Assembly (NCBI GenBank): GCA_017430365.1
Contig: JAFRNC010000009.1
Coordinates: 161,804 to 225,803 of the forward strand
From: Bacteroidales bacterium
Lineage (GTDB): Bacteria; Bacteroidota; Bacteroidia; Bacteroidales; UBA932
Length of the DNA: 64,000 nucleotides
Direction: 5' to 3'
The notes under the pieces are model-generated. The model saw nothing but the letters and a program-made list of their open reading frames with translations, made no database searches and was not told the DNA's origin. The position numbers and the translations under genes are program-made. Below, piece after piece: positions 34,440 to 43,039 of this stretch; positions within the stretch are counted from its first letter, which is position 1; every line of letters begins with the position of its first letter.

Positions 34440-35885
34440 ATGTCAGCTGCGAAAGATATCTTGCTGAATGACATCCGCAGCGGCGCATCGCTGGGGGTTC
34501 GGGAGCGTGTGCGGCTCACGCTGCTGCTCAGCGGCCCGGCGATTCTCGCCCAGTTCGCTTCCGTGCTGCTCCAGTTTATCGATGCGTCGATGGTCGGCAG
34601 CCTTGGAGCAGGCCCTTCGGCCTCAATAGGACTGGTATCCACCAGCACCTGGCTGTGCGGCGGGTTTTGCATCGCGCTTGCACAGGGTTTCTCAGTGCAG
34701 GTCGCCCATCGTATCGGTGCCGGTGATTTTGCGGGAGCCAGGCAGGTGCTCCGGCAGGGCCTGGTGACCGTGACGGTTTTTTCCATCGCGCTGTCGCTGA
34801 TTGCCGCCGGCATCGCCGGGCCGCTGCCGCGCTGGCTGGGCGGAGAAGAAGCCATCCGTGCCGACGGTACTTCATACTTCCGCATATACGCCTGTTTCCT
34901 GCCGATGATGCAGCTCGGCTTTTTTGCCAGCACGATGCTCCAGTGCAGCGGTGACATGAAACTGCCCAGCATGCTCAATATCCTCATGTGCGTGCTCGAC
35001 GTGCTTTTCAATTTCCTGCTGATTTTCCCCACCAGGGAGGTCCGGTTATTCGGTGCAAGTGTCACGCTGCCGGGCGCCGGGATGGGGGTCCGCGGAGCTG
35101 CCATGGGCACGGGTCTGGCGGAGACCGTCGTCGCGATACTTATAATGTATTTCCTGCTGGTCCGCAACCGGAATCTTGCCATCGCCGGCGAACGGGGCTC
35201 CTTCCGTCCGGAGCGCGACTGCCTGAAGAAGGCTTTCGGCATTACCGGGCCGATGTGGGTGCAGAACCTGGTGATGAGGGGTGCCCATGTCATGAGTACA
35301 CTCATCGTCGCTCCTCTGGGCGCAATTTCAATTGCGGCCAATTCCTTTGCGATAATAGCTGAGAGTTTCTGCTACATGCCCGGTTACGGTATGGGCGATG
35401 CCGCCACGACCCTGGTCGGGCAGAGTCTGGGAGCGGGACGGAAGGATCTGGCCCGCGCTTTCTCACGTGTAACCATCTCGCTCGGCGTAGGAATCATGGT
35501 CGTCCTGGCCGTATTCATGTTCTTTCTGGCCGTCCCCATCATGCGGCTGTTGAGTGTGGATCCGGATGTCGTTGCCCTGGGGGCAAGATGCCTGCGACTG
35601 GAGGCTTTCGCCGAGGCTGGATATGCCGCTGCGATAGTGGCGAACGGCGCCTGCGTAGGGGCAGGGGACACCAGGGTCCCTGCCGCGATGAACCTGCTGA
35701 GCGTCTGGGTCGTCCGGATCGGACTGGCCCTTGTCCTCACGCCCAGGCTGGGACTTATCGGCTACTGGATCGCGATGTGCATCGAATTGAATGTCCGCGG
35801 CATTTTCTATCTCCTCCGGGTTCACGGGACCCGCTGGATGGAACATAGTTTGACAAATATAGAATCAGAATATGAAACTAATTAA
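34440..35885 (+). CDS. MATE-family efflux transporter
   Basis: 481 aa, about 12 TM helices, with a typical MATE N-terminus. Confidence 0.8.
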   Translation: MSAAKDILLNDIRSGASLGVRERVRLTLLLSGPAILAQFASVLLQFIDASMVGSLGAGPSASIGLVSTSTWLCGGFCIALAQGFSVQVAHRIGAGDFAGARQVLRQGLVTVTVFSIALSLIAAGIAGPLPRWLGGEEAIRADGTSYFRIYACFLPMMQLGFFASTMLQCSGDMKLPSMLNILMCVLDVLFNFLLIFPTREVRLFGASVTLPGAGMGVRGAAMGTGLAETVVAILIMYFLLVRNRNLAIAGERGSFRPERDCLKKAFGITGPMWVQNLVMRGAHVMSTLIVAPLGAISIAANSFAIIAESFCYMPGYGMGDAATTLVGQSLGAGRKDLARAFSRVTISLGVGIMVVLAVFMFFLAVPIMRLLSVDPDVVALGARCLRLEAFAEAGYAAAIVANGACVGAGDTRVPAAMNLLSVWVVRIGLALVLTPRLGLIGYWIAMCIELNVRGIFYLLRVHGTRWMEHSLTNIESEYETN

Positions 35886-36717
35886 AAATCAGGAATTCGG
35901 CGGCGAACGGCCGCTGTTCGAGGTTCACGGCGCCCGACTGGAGAACATCACGATTATCGATGGGGAATCGGGCATCAAGCATTGCAGCGACCTGGAAGCC
36001 GACGGCTGCAAGTTCTACGGCAAGTATCCCTGGTGGCATGTAGACCGCTGCCTGATCACGAACTGCTATTTCGCACCCGGATCCAGGTCTGCGATCTGGT
36101 ATACGAACGACCTGGTGATGCGCGACTGCACCATCGACGGTCCGAAATTCTTCCGCGAGATGAAGAACGTCACGCTCGAGCGCGTGCTCATCACCGACGC
36201 CGATGAGACCTTCTGGAAAGTGAACGGGCTGAAGATAAAGGATGTGGAACTGCGCGGCGGCACATATCCCTTCATGTTCTCCCGCAATATCGAAGTGGAC
36301 GGACTGGTGAGCGACGCCAAGTATGTATTCCAGTACTGCAGGGACGTGGTCGTGCGCAATGCGAAGATCACGACCAAAGACTCTTTCTGGGAGTGCGAGA
36401 ACATCACGATCTATGATTCCGAACTCGACGGCGAGTATTTGGCCTGGCATTCGAAAAACGTACGTCTGGTGAACTGCAAGCTGAGCGGCGAACAGCTGTT
36501 GTGCTATGCGCAGGGACTTGTCCTGGAGAATTGTACATTCGACGCGGCTTGCGACCGGGTATTCGAGTACTCTACCGTGGAGGCCGACATACGAGGCCAT
36601 ATAGAGAATATCAAGAATCCGACTTCCGGCCATATAGTGGCTGACAGCATCGGCAGCATAACGCTAGACGAAAACATACGTCAGCCGGCCGACTGCGTGA
36701 TCACGGTCCGCAAGTAG
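35872..36717 (+). CDS. DUF3737-like beta-helix protein
   Basis: 281 aa. MKLIKNQEFGGERPLFEVHGARLENITI..., with repetitive beta-helix-like turns. Overlaps the MATE gene by 14 nt. Confidence 0.65.
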   Translation: MKLIKNQEFGGERPLFEVHGARLENITIIDGESGIKHCSDLEADGCKFYGKYPWWHVDRCLITNCYFAPGSRSAIWYTNDLVMRDCTIDGPKFFREMKNVTLERVLITDADETFWKVNGLKIKDVELRGGTYPFMFSRNIEVDGLVSDAKYVFQYCRDVVVRNAKITTKDSFWECENITIYDSELDGEYLAWHSKNVRLVNCKLSGEQLLCYAQGLVLENCTFDAACDRVFEYSTVEADIRGHIENIKNPTSGHIVADSIGSITLDENIRQPADCVITVRK

Positions 36718-36731
36718 GACGGTATGCTGCC

Positions 36732-37958
36732 ATGAAAACTTCTTTCGATTTCGAAATCCCCGTCGACCGCCGCGGCAGCGGCAGTTACAAATGGGATGCG
36801 GATCTGCCGGACGGCGTCGTCCTGACGCCGGCGCAGCGCCGCCGCGTGATTCCGCTCTGGGTCGCGGATATGGATTTTCAGGCGGCCCCGTGCATCCTCG
36901 ACGCACTGCGCCGCAGGGTGGAGCACGGAGTGTTCGGCTACACTCGCGTCCCCGATTCATACTACGACGCCACGATCCGCTGGTTTGCGGACAGGCACGG
37001 CCTTTCCCTGAGAAGGGAGTGGATACTGTATACGACAGGCGTAGTGCCGGCTCTTTCCGCCGTCATAAAGGCATTCTGCAGTCCCGGTGAAGGTGTCATA
37101 GTCCAGACGCCGGTCTACAATTGTTTCTTTTCCTCCATCCGCAACAACCAGTGCCGGATCGTGGTTGTGCCGCTCCTGCGCCGGAATCTTCCTGGTGGAC
37201 GCTTTACCTACGGAATGGATTATGACGGACTCGAGAGAGCCTGTGCAGACCCCGGCAACCGTATACTCCTCCTGTGCAATCCCCATAATCCGGCCGGGCG
37301 CCGCTGGACGGGGGAGGAACTCCGCCGCGCCGGCGACATCGCCCGGCGCTACGGCGTGATTGTCGTCTCCGACGAAATCCATTGCGAGATTGTCGCGCCC
37401 GGAACGGCCTATACGCCGTACGCTTCGCTTGGCGGCGATTACTGCCGCGATTCCGTGACGCTTGGCTCGCCCTCGAAGAGTTTCAATACTGCGGGCCTGC
37501 AGATTGCCAACATCATCTGTGCGCGTCCCGAATGGCGGGAGAAGATCGACAAGGCCATCAACATCAACGAAATCTGCGATGTCAATCCCTTCGGGCCGGT
37601 GGCACTCGAAGCCGCTTATTCCGATGAGGGTGCCAGATGGCTCGCGGCGCTGAACGAGATAATATGGCGGAATTACGAAACGCTGCTGACCCGGTTCAGG
37701 AGCGAGCTGCCTGAATTCCCGGTGGCCGAGTTGGAAGCCACTTATCTGGCCTGGATCGATACATCGGTCCTGCCGCTATCCTCGGAAGAGATCGAAGCCG
37801 AACTGCTCCGGGGGGAGCAGGTCTGGATCAACGCCGGTTCAATGTACGGCGCCGACGGCTTCATCCGCATCAATCTGGCTTGTCCTTCCGCCCGTCTGCA
37901 GGAAGGTCTCGACCGGCTGGTAGAAGGCCTCCGCCGCCTCCGCCGGGCTTTCTTGTAG
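36732..37958 (+). CDS. MalY/PatB-type cystathionine beta-lyase (class I/II aminotransferase fold)
   Basis: 408 aa. Motifs FDFEIPVDRRGSGSYKWD and the PLP-lysine motif GSPSKSFNTAGL. Confidence 0.85.
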   Translation: MKTSFDFEIPVDRRGSGSYKWDADLPDGVVLTPAQRRRVIPLWVADMDFQAAPCILDALRRRVEHGVFGYTRVPDSYYDATIRWFADRHGLSLRREWILYTTGVVPALSAVIKAFCSPGEGVIVQTPVYNCFFSSIRNNQCRIVVVPLLRRNLPGGRFTYGMDYDGLERACADPGNRILLLCNPHNPAGRRWTGEELRRAGDIARRYGVIVVSDEIHCEIVAPGTAYTPYASLGGDYCRDSVTLGSPSKSFNTAGLQIANIICARPEWREKIDKAININEICDVNPFGPVALEAAYSDEGARWLAALNEIIWRNYETLLTRFRSELPEFPVAELEATYLAWIDTSVLPLSSEEIEAELLRGEQVWINAGSMYGADGFIRINLACPSARLQEGLDRLVEGLRRLRRAFL

Positions 37959-37992
37959 AATTGCACCAAATCAGCTAACTTTAAGGCCGGTT

Positions 37993-39318
37993 ATGAAAAA
38001 GAGAACAATCCTTCGAGTTTTCCCCGTGCTGCTGCTGGCCGCAGTCCTGGGCGGCTGCATTTATCTGAACAGCCTGATGCCCATCATTACTGGCTATGCG
38101 GCCAAGAACCTGGCTTCCGACGTCTTCGTCTCAGGCCGCGAACCGGCTGACATCGAGGCACTCGACCTGAATTTCTCATTCATAAAATTCTGCCGCAACC
38201 GTGTGGATTACGAAAACCATACGGTGACAAGCCGTTTCCTGTGGAGCAAGTCGACCGCGCTTTATCGCGACGGATATGGCGTGACACTTCTGCGGGGCCG
38301 CAAGGCAAAGGAGCGTCTTCTGGCGCAGTCCTTCCCCCTTCCGCCTGAAGGCAAGGGCCCAGAAGCCCTGCAGCCGGGCGATCCGGCCCTGTCGGCCCGC
38401 CTGGAACCAATCGCAAAAGCCCTGGTCGATGACCATTCCTACAACGGGACGCCCTTCGCTTTCGTGGTGCTGCACGAAGGCACGGTCGTGGCCGAGCGGT
38501 ATCGCAGCGGCATTACTGCTGACACGCGGCTCCTGAGCTGGAGCATGGGAAAAAGTTTCACCAACGCCCTGATCGGACTAATGGCGGGCGACGGCATGGT
38601 GGATGTTTTCGCCCCGATGGATATTCCCCAGTGGAAGGATGACGGACGCAGCGCCATCACGCTCAACGACCTGATGCAGATGCAGAGCGGTCTGGAATGG
38701 AACGAAAACTACGGCAACCGCTCCGATGTCAATCTCATGCTGCACAGGGAGGAGGATATGGGCCTGTTCGCTCTTTCTAAACCCTTGATGGCAAAACCGG
38801 GTACGCATTGGTACTATTCCAGCGGAAGCACCAACATCGTCATGCGATATCTCCGCGGCAAATTCTCCTCTGATACGGAGTTCCTCGCTTATATCCGTTC
38901 CCGGCTTTTCGAACCGCTCGGCATCAGGAACGCCTGTTTCGAACCCGACATGAGCGGCACGCCCGTCGGTTCGTCTTACCTGTATGTGACGGCGCGGGAT
39001 TATGCCCGTTTCGGACAGCTATATCTGGATGACGGCATGATTGGCAATGAACGCATTCTGCCGGAGAACTGGGTGGATTATACAGTGACGCCGGCATCGG
39101 ACAGTCAGGGCGGATACGGAGCGTTCTTCTGGCTGAACCGGGACAGGAAGTGCCCGGACGTTCCTGAGGACATGTATTCCTGCCAGGGCCATGACGGACA
39201 GGAGATATACATCATCCCTTCGAAGCAACTGGTAGTGGTCGTGCTTGGCTACTCCCCGAAACCCGACCGCGTGATTGATTTCAACGCCCTTCTCCGTGAC
39301 ATTATGGCCGCTTTGTGA
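37993..39318 (+). CDS. Serine hydrolase (beta-lactamase/PBP family)
   Basis: 441 aa. S-x-x-K motif LLSWSMGKSF. N-terminal membrane anchor. Confidence 0.75.
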   Translation: MKKRTILRVFPVLLLAAVLGGCIYLNSLMPIITGYAAKNLASDVFVSGREPADIEALDLNFSFIKFCRNRVDYENHTVTSRFLWSKSTALYRDGYGVTLLRGRKAKERLLAQSFPLPPEGKGPEALQPGDPALSARLEPIAKALVDDHSYNGTPFAFVVLHEGTVVAERYRSGITADTRLLSWSMGKSFTNALIGLMAGDGMVDVFAPMDIPQWKDDGRSAITLNDLMQMQSGLEWNENYGNRSDVNLMLHREEDMGLFALSKPLMAKPGTHWYYSSGSTNIVMRYLRGKFSSDTEFLAYIRSRLFEPLGIRNACFEPDMSGTPVGSSYLYVTARDYARFGQLYLDDGMIGNERILPENWVDYTVTPASDSQGGYGAFFWLNRDRKCPDVPEDMYSCQGHDGQEIYIIPSKQLVVVVLGYSPKPDRVIDFNALLRDIMAAL

Positions 39319-39415
39319 CAAGCCATCGGACACCGTGAGAATTTTTAAGGGGAACTCCCGGCAAGTTTGTATATTTATCAGATTCACCGAAACAAAACCG
39401 AAAAACCGATACCTT

Positions 39416-41437
39416 ATGAGATACTTCAGACTCCTGATCCTTTCCCTGCTGCTGGCGGTGCCGGCATTCGCCCAGATGCAGCCCGTCTCCTGGAAGGCCG
39501 AGGCCGTCCAGGTGGAAGGCAATACCTATGAAATCCGTGCGACAGGCACGATCGCCGGCAACTGGCACATCTATGATTTGACGGACTACGGCTCCAGCGG
39601 CCCCAACGGCACGATCTTCACGGTCGATGCCGGCGACAAGGTGAAACTGCTCGGTGACCCGTACATTTCTTCCGAGGTCCACAAAGGTTTCGACGATGTC
39701 TTCGGTATCGAGATCGGGACCTGCGAAAGCCCGGTGGTCATCTGCCAGAAAGTGGAGTTGCTTCAGGGCAATGAAGTGAAAGTTCCCGTTACGGTTGAAT
39801 GGCAGGCCTGCAACGATGAGAACTGCATTCCCCCGGATGATTTCACGGTCGACGTGACCCTGCCCGGCGGAGCCGGCCTGCCGGTCCTCGCGCCGGCAGA
39901 ACCCGAACCGGATCCGAATGCGACTGCGCCCGGCGAGGGCAAATCCATTTGGGGCCTTATACTCGAGGCTATCGCCTGGGGCTTTGTCGCCCTGCTTACC
40001 CCTTGCGTTTTCCCCATGATCCCTATGACCGTGAGTTTCTTCCTGAAACAGAACCAGGTCGCGGAAGGGGAGGAGAAGAAGAAGGGCCGCGGCAAATGGC
40101 TCGCCACGATTTTCGGCCTCTCTATCGTCGGTCTCTACACGATTCCTATCGCGGTCATAATCCTGATCACCTACTTCGCCGGCGGCGAAGCCGTGACGGC
40201 CGACATCTTCAACTGGCTGGCTACGCACTGGCTCCCGAATATCATCTTCTTCTTGATCTTCATGATCTTTGCGGCCTCGTTCTTCGGCGCCTTCGAGATT
40301 ACGCTGCCGAATTCATGGCTCAACAAATCGGATGAGAAATCCAACAAGGGCGGCCTGGCAGGCGTATTCTTCGTAGCCCTGACCTTAGTGCTGGTATCGT
40401 TCTCCTGCACCGGCCCTATCGTGGGTTCTGTGCTGATCAAGAGCACCCAGGGCCAGTTCTGGGAGCCGATCATCACTATGCTCGCCTTCTCGATCGCTTT
40501 CGCCCTTCCGTTCACGCTCCTGGCCTTCGCCCCGAGCCTGCTCGACAAACTCCCGAAAAGCGGCGGCTGGCTCAACAGCGTCAAGGTGGTGCTTGGCTTC
40601 GTCGAGGTTGCCCTCGGCTTCAAGTTCCTGAGCGTCGCAGACCAGACCTACCACTGGGGCCTGCTTGACCGTGAGGTTTATCTGGCAATCTGGATCGTGG
40701 TCTTCACCCTGCTGGGCCTCTACCTTCTGGGCAAGATACGTTTCGCATACGACTCTCCCGTGGAGCACCTCAGTGTATTCCGGCTGATCCTCGTTATCAT
40801 CGATTTCACCTTCGTGGTCTACATGATCCCCGGCATGTGGGGTGCGCCGCTCAAGGCCCTTTCCGGCTACCTTCCGCCGATCACGACCCAGGACTTCGTG
40901 CTCGACCCCGCCCAGCATTCCGGCGGTGGAGGAACGACATATGTGGTGGGACAGCCCATGGAAGATGAACACGGCATCCCCGCCACGCGCAAATATTCGG
41001 ATTTCCTGCACATGCCCTACGATATTCCCGCTTTCTTCGATTACGAGGAAGCCCGCGCTTATGCCGCCAAGGTCGGCAAGCCGATCCTGCTCGATTTCAC
41101 CGGTCACGGCTGTGTGAACTGCAGGGAGATGGAGTCGCGCGTCTGGAGCGACCCCCGTGTGCTGAAACTCATGAAGAACGACTATGTGGTCTGCTCGCTC
41201 TACGGCGACGACAAGAAAGTGCTCGACAAGGAAGACTGGGTGACGACTGAAGACGGCAAGGTCCTCAAGAGCCTGGGCAAGATCAATTCGTATTTCATGA
41301 TGAAACGTTATCACGTGAATGCCCAGCCCTACTATGTGATACTGGATCCGGTAACGGAAAAGAACAAGGTACCGGCCCGCAGTTATAATCTCGACGTGGA
41401 CGAATATGTGGCCTTCCTGGAAAAGGGGCTGGAATGA
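39416..41437 (+). CDS. dsbD: Thiol:disulfide interchange protein DsbD (alpha, TM beta and thioredoxin gamma domains)
   Basis: The ATG at 39416 gives the signal peptide MRYFRLLILSLLLAVPAFAQ. Alpha-domain motif VEWQACNDENCIPP. TM-domain cysteines LTPCVFPMIP and SFSCTGPIVG. C-terminal thioredoxin motif DFTGHGCVNCREME. Confidence 0.85.
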   Translation: MRYFRLLILSLLLAVPAFAQMQPVSWKAEAVQVEGNTYEIRATGTIAGNWHIYDLTDYGSSGPNGTIFTVDAGDKVKLLGDPYISSEVHKGFDDVFGIEIGTCESPVVICQKVELLQGNEVKVPVTVEWQACNDENCIPPDDFTVDVTLPGGAGLPVLAPAEPEPDPNATAPGEGKSIWGLILEAIAWGFVALLTPCVFPMIPMTVSFFLKQNQVAEGEEKKKGRGKWLATIFGLSIVGLYTIPIAVIILITYFAGGEAVTADIFNWLATHWLPNIIFFLIFMIFAASFFGAFEITLPNSWLNKSDEKSNKGGLAGVFFVALTLVLVSFSCTGPIVGSVLIKSTQGQFWEPIITMLAFSIAFALPFTLLAFAPSLLDKLPKSGGWLNSVKVVLGFVEVALGFKFLSVADQTYHWGLLDREVYLAIWIVVFTLLGLYLLGKIRFAYDSPVEHLSVFRLILVIIDFTFVVYMIPGMWGAPLKALSGYLPPITTQDFVLDPAQHSGGGGTTYVVGQPMEDEHGIPATRKYSDFLHMPYDIPAFFDYEEARAYAAKVGKPILLDFTGHGCVNCREMESRVWSDPRVLKLMKNDYVVCSLYGDDKKVLDKEDWVTTEDGKVLKSLGKINSYFMMKRYHVNAQPYYVILDPVTEKNKVPARSYNLDVDEYVAFLEKGLE

Positions 41438-41461
41438 TTTTTGTTTGAGAAAGAACCCGTT

Positions 41462-41941
41462 ATGAAGAAACTTATCCTCTGCTGCCTGCTGCTGGCCGGA
41501 CTGTCATCCGCAGGCTTCGCCCAGAATATCGAAGTGGGCGCCCAGGCTCCCGATTTCTCCGCCATGAAGATTGACGGCAAAACGTTCACTCTATCCTCGC
41601 TCCAGGGCAAATATGTCGTTCTCGACTTCTGGGGCAGCTGGTGCAAGTGGTGCATCAAGGGTTTCCCCGACATGAAAGAGGCATACGCAAAGCATAAGGG
41701 CAAGGTGGAATTCGTGGGCATCGCATGCCGCGATACCGAAGAGAAGTGGAAGGCCGCCACTGCGAAATATGAGCTTCCCTGGATCAGCGTCCTGAATCCT
41801 GCCGCGAACGATCTTGTCAAAGTGTATGAAGTGAAGGGTTTCCCGACCAAGATAGTCCTCGACCCGCAGGGCAGGATCGCCAAGGTCATACTCGGTGAAG
41901 ATCCCGAGTTCTATACTTATCTTGACTCAGTTCTAAAATAG
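41462..41941 (+). CDS. TlpA/ResA-like thioredoxin-fold protein
   Basis: MKKLILCCLLLAGLSSAGFAQ signal peptide. CxxC motif FWGSWCKWC. The gene starts 24 nt after dsbD. Confidence 0.8.
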   Translation: MKKLILCCLLLAGLSSAGFAQNIEVGAQAPDFSAMKIDGKTFTLSSLQGKYVVLDFWGSWCKWCIKGFPDMKEAYAKHKGKVEFVGIACRDTEEKWKAATAKYELPWISVLNPAANDLVKVYEVKGFPTKIVLDPQGRIAKVILGEDPEFYTYLDSVLK

Positions 41942-41964
41942 ATTAAATATAGGTTATCAGGTAA

Positions 41965-42000
41965 GCCGGGGCCATCCGTGAAGGGTGGCTTCGTCTTTTT
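41965..42000 (+). terminator. Probable intrinsic terminator
   Basis: GCCGGGGCCATCC-GTGAA-GGGTGGCTTCG followed by TCTTTTT. Confidence 0.5.
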
Positions 42001-42070
42001 GGAGGACTGACACGGCATGTTTAGCATGTTTTTTGCTGTAATATTACTATAGACTTAGACAATTTGCATT

Positions 42071-42580
42071 ATGAAAAAGTTTTTCAGTACCATCCTTATT
42101 GGCATTTGCGCAGCATTTGCATTATGTTCCTGCGAAACGATGGATCCCGAAAATGATTTTGGCGGGACTCCTTACGGTTTCTGGGTTGTTGACAAACTTG
42201 TAGTCGAAGCTTCTGTAACCATCAACGGTAATACGACCTCCACCACGAACACGACAGACTTTTCTTCCGAATACTGCCGCCTGAATCTTGATACCTCGCA
42301 CCTGGCTACGCTTTGGTTCAATTTCGAATTCCCGGATGTCGAGAGTTTTACCTATGATGAATCGAAAGAGATGATTTATTTCAAAAAGGGACTCGACAAA
42401 GGCGACAACGGTAAGGCCATCGTCCTCCTCGGTGCCTATGAAGTCATCATGAAAGGCGACACCATGATGCTCCGCCAGCCTGAGGCCGCCGTCGGCGTTC
42501 TCGGATACGGTGCCAGCGAACGGGCAACCTATTATTTCCATCGCGCACCCAAGACCGAAAAACCCAGGGAGACCAACTAA
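42071..42580 (+). CDS. Small lipoprotein, unknown function
   Basis: 169 aa. Lipobox AFALCSC followed by the acidic stretch ETMDPENDF. Confidence 0.6.
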   Translation: MKKFFSTILIGICAAFALCSCETMDPENDFGGTPYGFWVVDKLVVEASVTINGNTTSTTNTTDFSSEYCRLNLDTSHLATLWFNFEFPDVESFTYDESKEMIYFKKGLDKGDNGKAIVLLGAYEVIMKGDTMMLRQPEAAVGVLGYGASERATYYFHRAPKTEKPRETN

Positions 42581-42607
42581 TCGATTGTTTCGGTAAGCGT
42601 CAATGAG

Positions 42608-42643
42608 CCGGGACCATCCATAACGGGTGGCCCCGACTTTTTT
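42608..42643 (+). terminator. Probable intrinsic terminator, sequence-related to 41965..42000
   Basis: CCGGGACCATCC-ATAAC-GGGTGGCCCCG followed by ACTTTTTT. Confidence 0.5.
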
Positions 42644-42709
42644 GAGGGGAGGCTTCGGAAAATCTGTAGTATTGGGTAGAAAGTAATTTTTTGCCTAAAT
42701 CTTTAATTT

Positions 42710-43039
42710 ATGACAGTCAAACACTTCATCAAGATGATGTCCCTGGCCCTGGTCATTATGCTCGGATCCGCGCAGCTGGCCTCGGCGCAGAACATCACGC
42801 TGAACTTTGACAGGACGCCGCTCAAGACCGTCCTGAACGAGATCCAGAAGCAGGTGGACTACACGTTTGTCTACAACGACCAGCAGGTCGGTGCCGACAA
42901 ACCGGTCACCATCCACGTCCAGAATGCCGGCCTGACCGCCGTTCTCGACCAGATGCTCAAACCTTTGAACATCAACTACAAGATTCTCGACAAACAGATC
43001 GCCCTCTCACCGGCCGCAGCAACTTCGACGTCCAGATGA
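42710..43039 (+). CDS. Signal peptide plus STN (secretin/TonB N-terminal signalling) domain, encoded as a separate ORF; probably the detached N-terminus of the following SusC-like gene
   Basis: 109 aa. Signal peptide MMSLALVIMLGSAQLASAQ. STN-like stretch ITLNFDRTPLKTVLNEIQKQVDYTFVYNDQ...LNINYKILDKQIAL. The stop TGA overlaps the next ATG (ATGA at 43036-43039). Confidence 0.7.
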   Translation: MTVKHFIKMMSLALVIMLGSAQLASAQNITLNFDRTPLKTVLNEIQKQVDYTFVYNDQQVGADKPVTIHVQNAGLTAVLDQMLKPLNINYKILDKQIALSPAAATSTSR

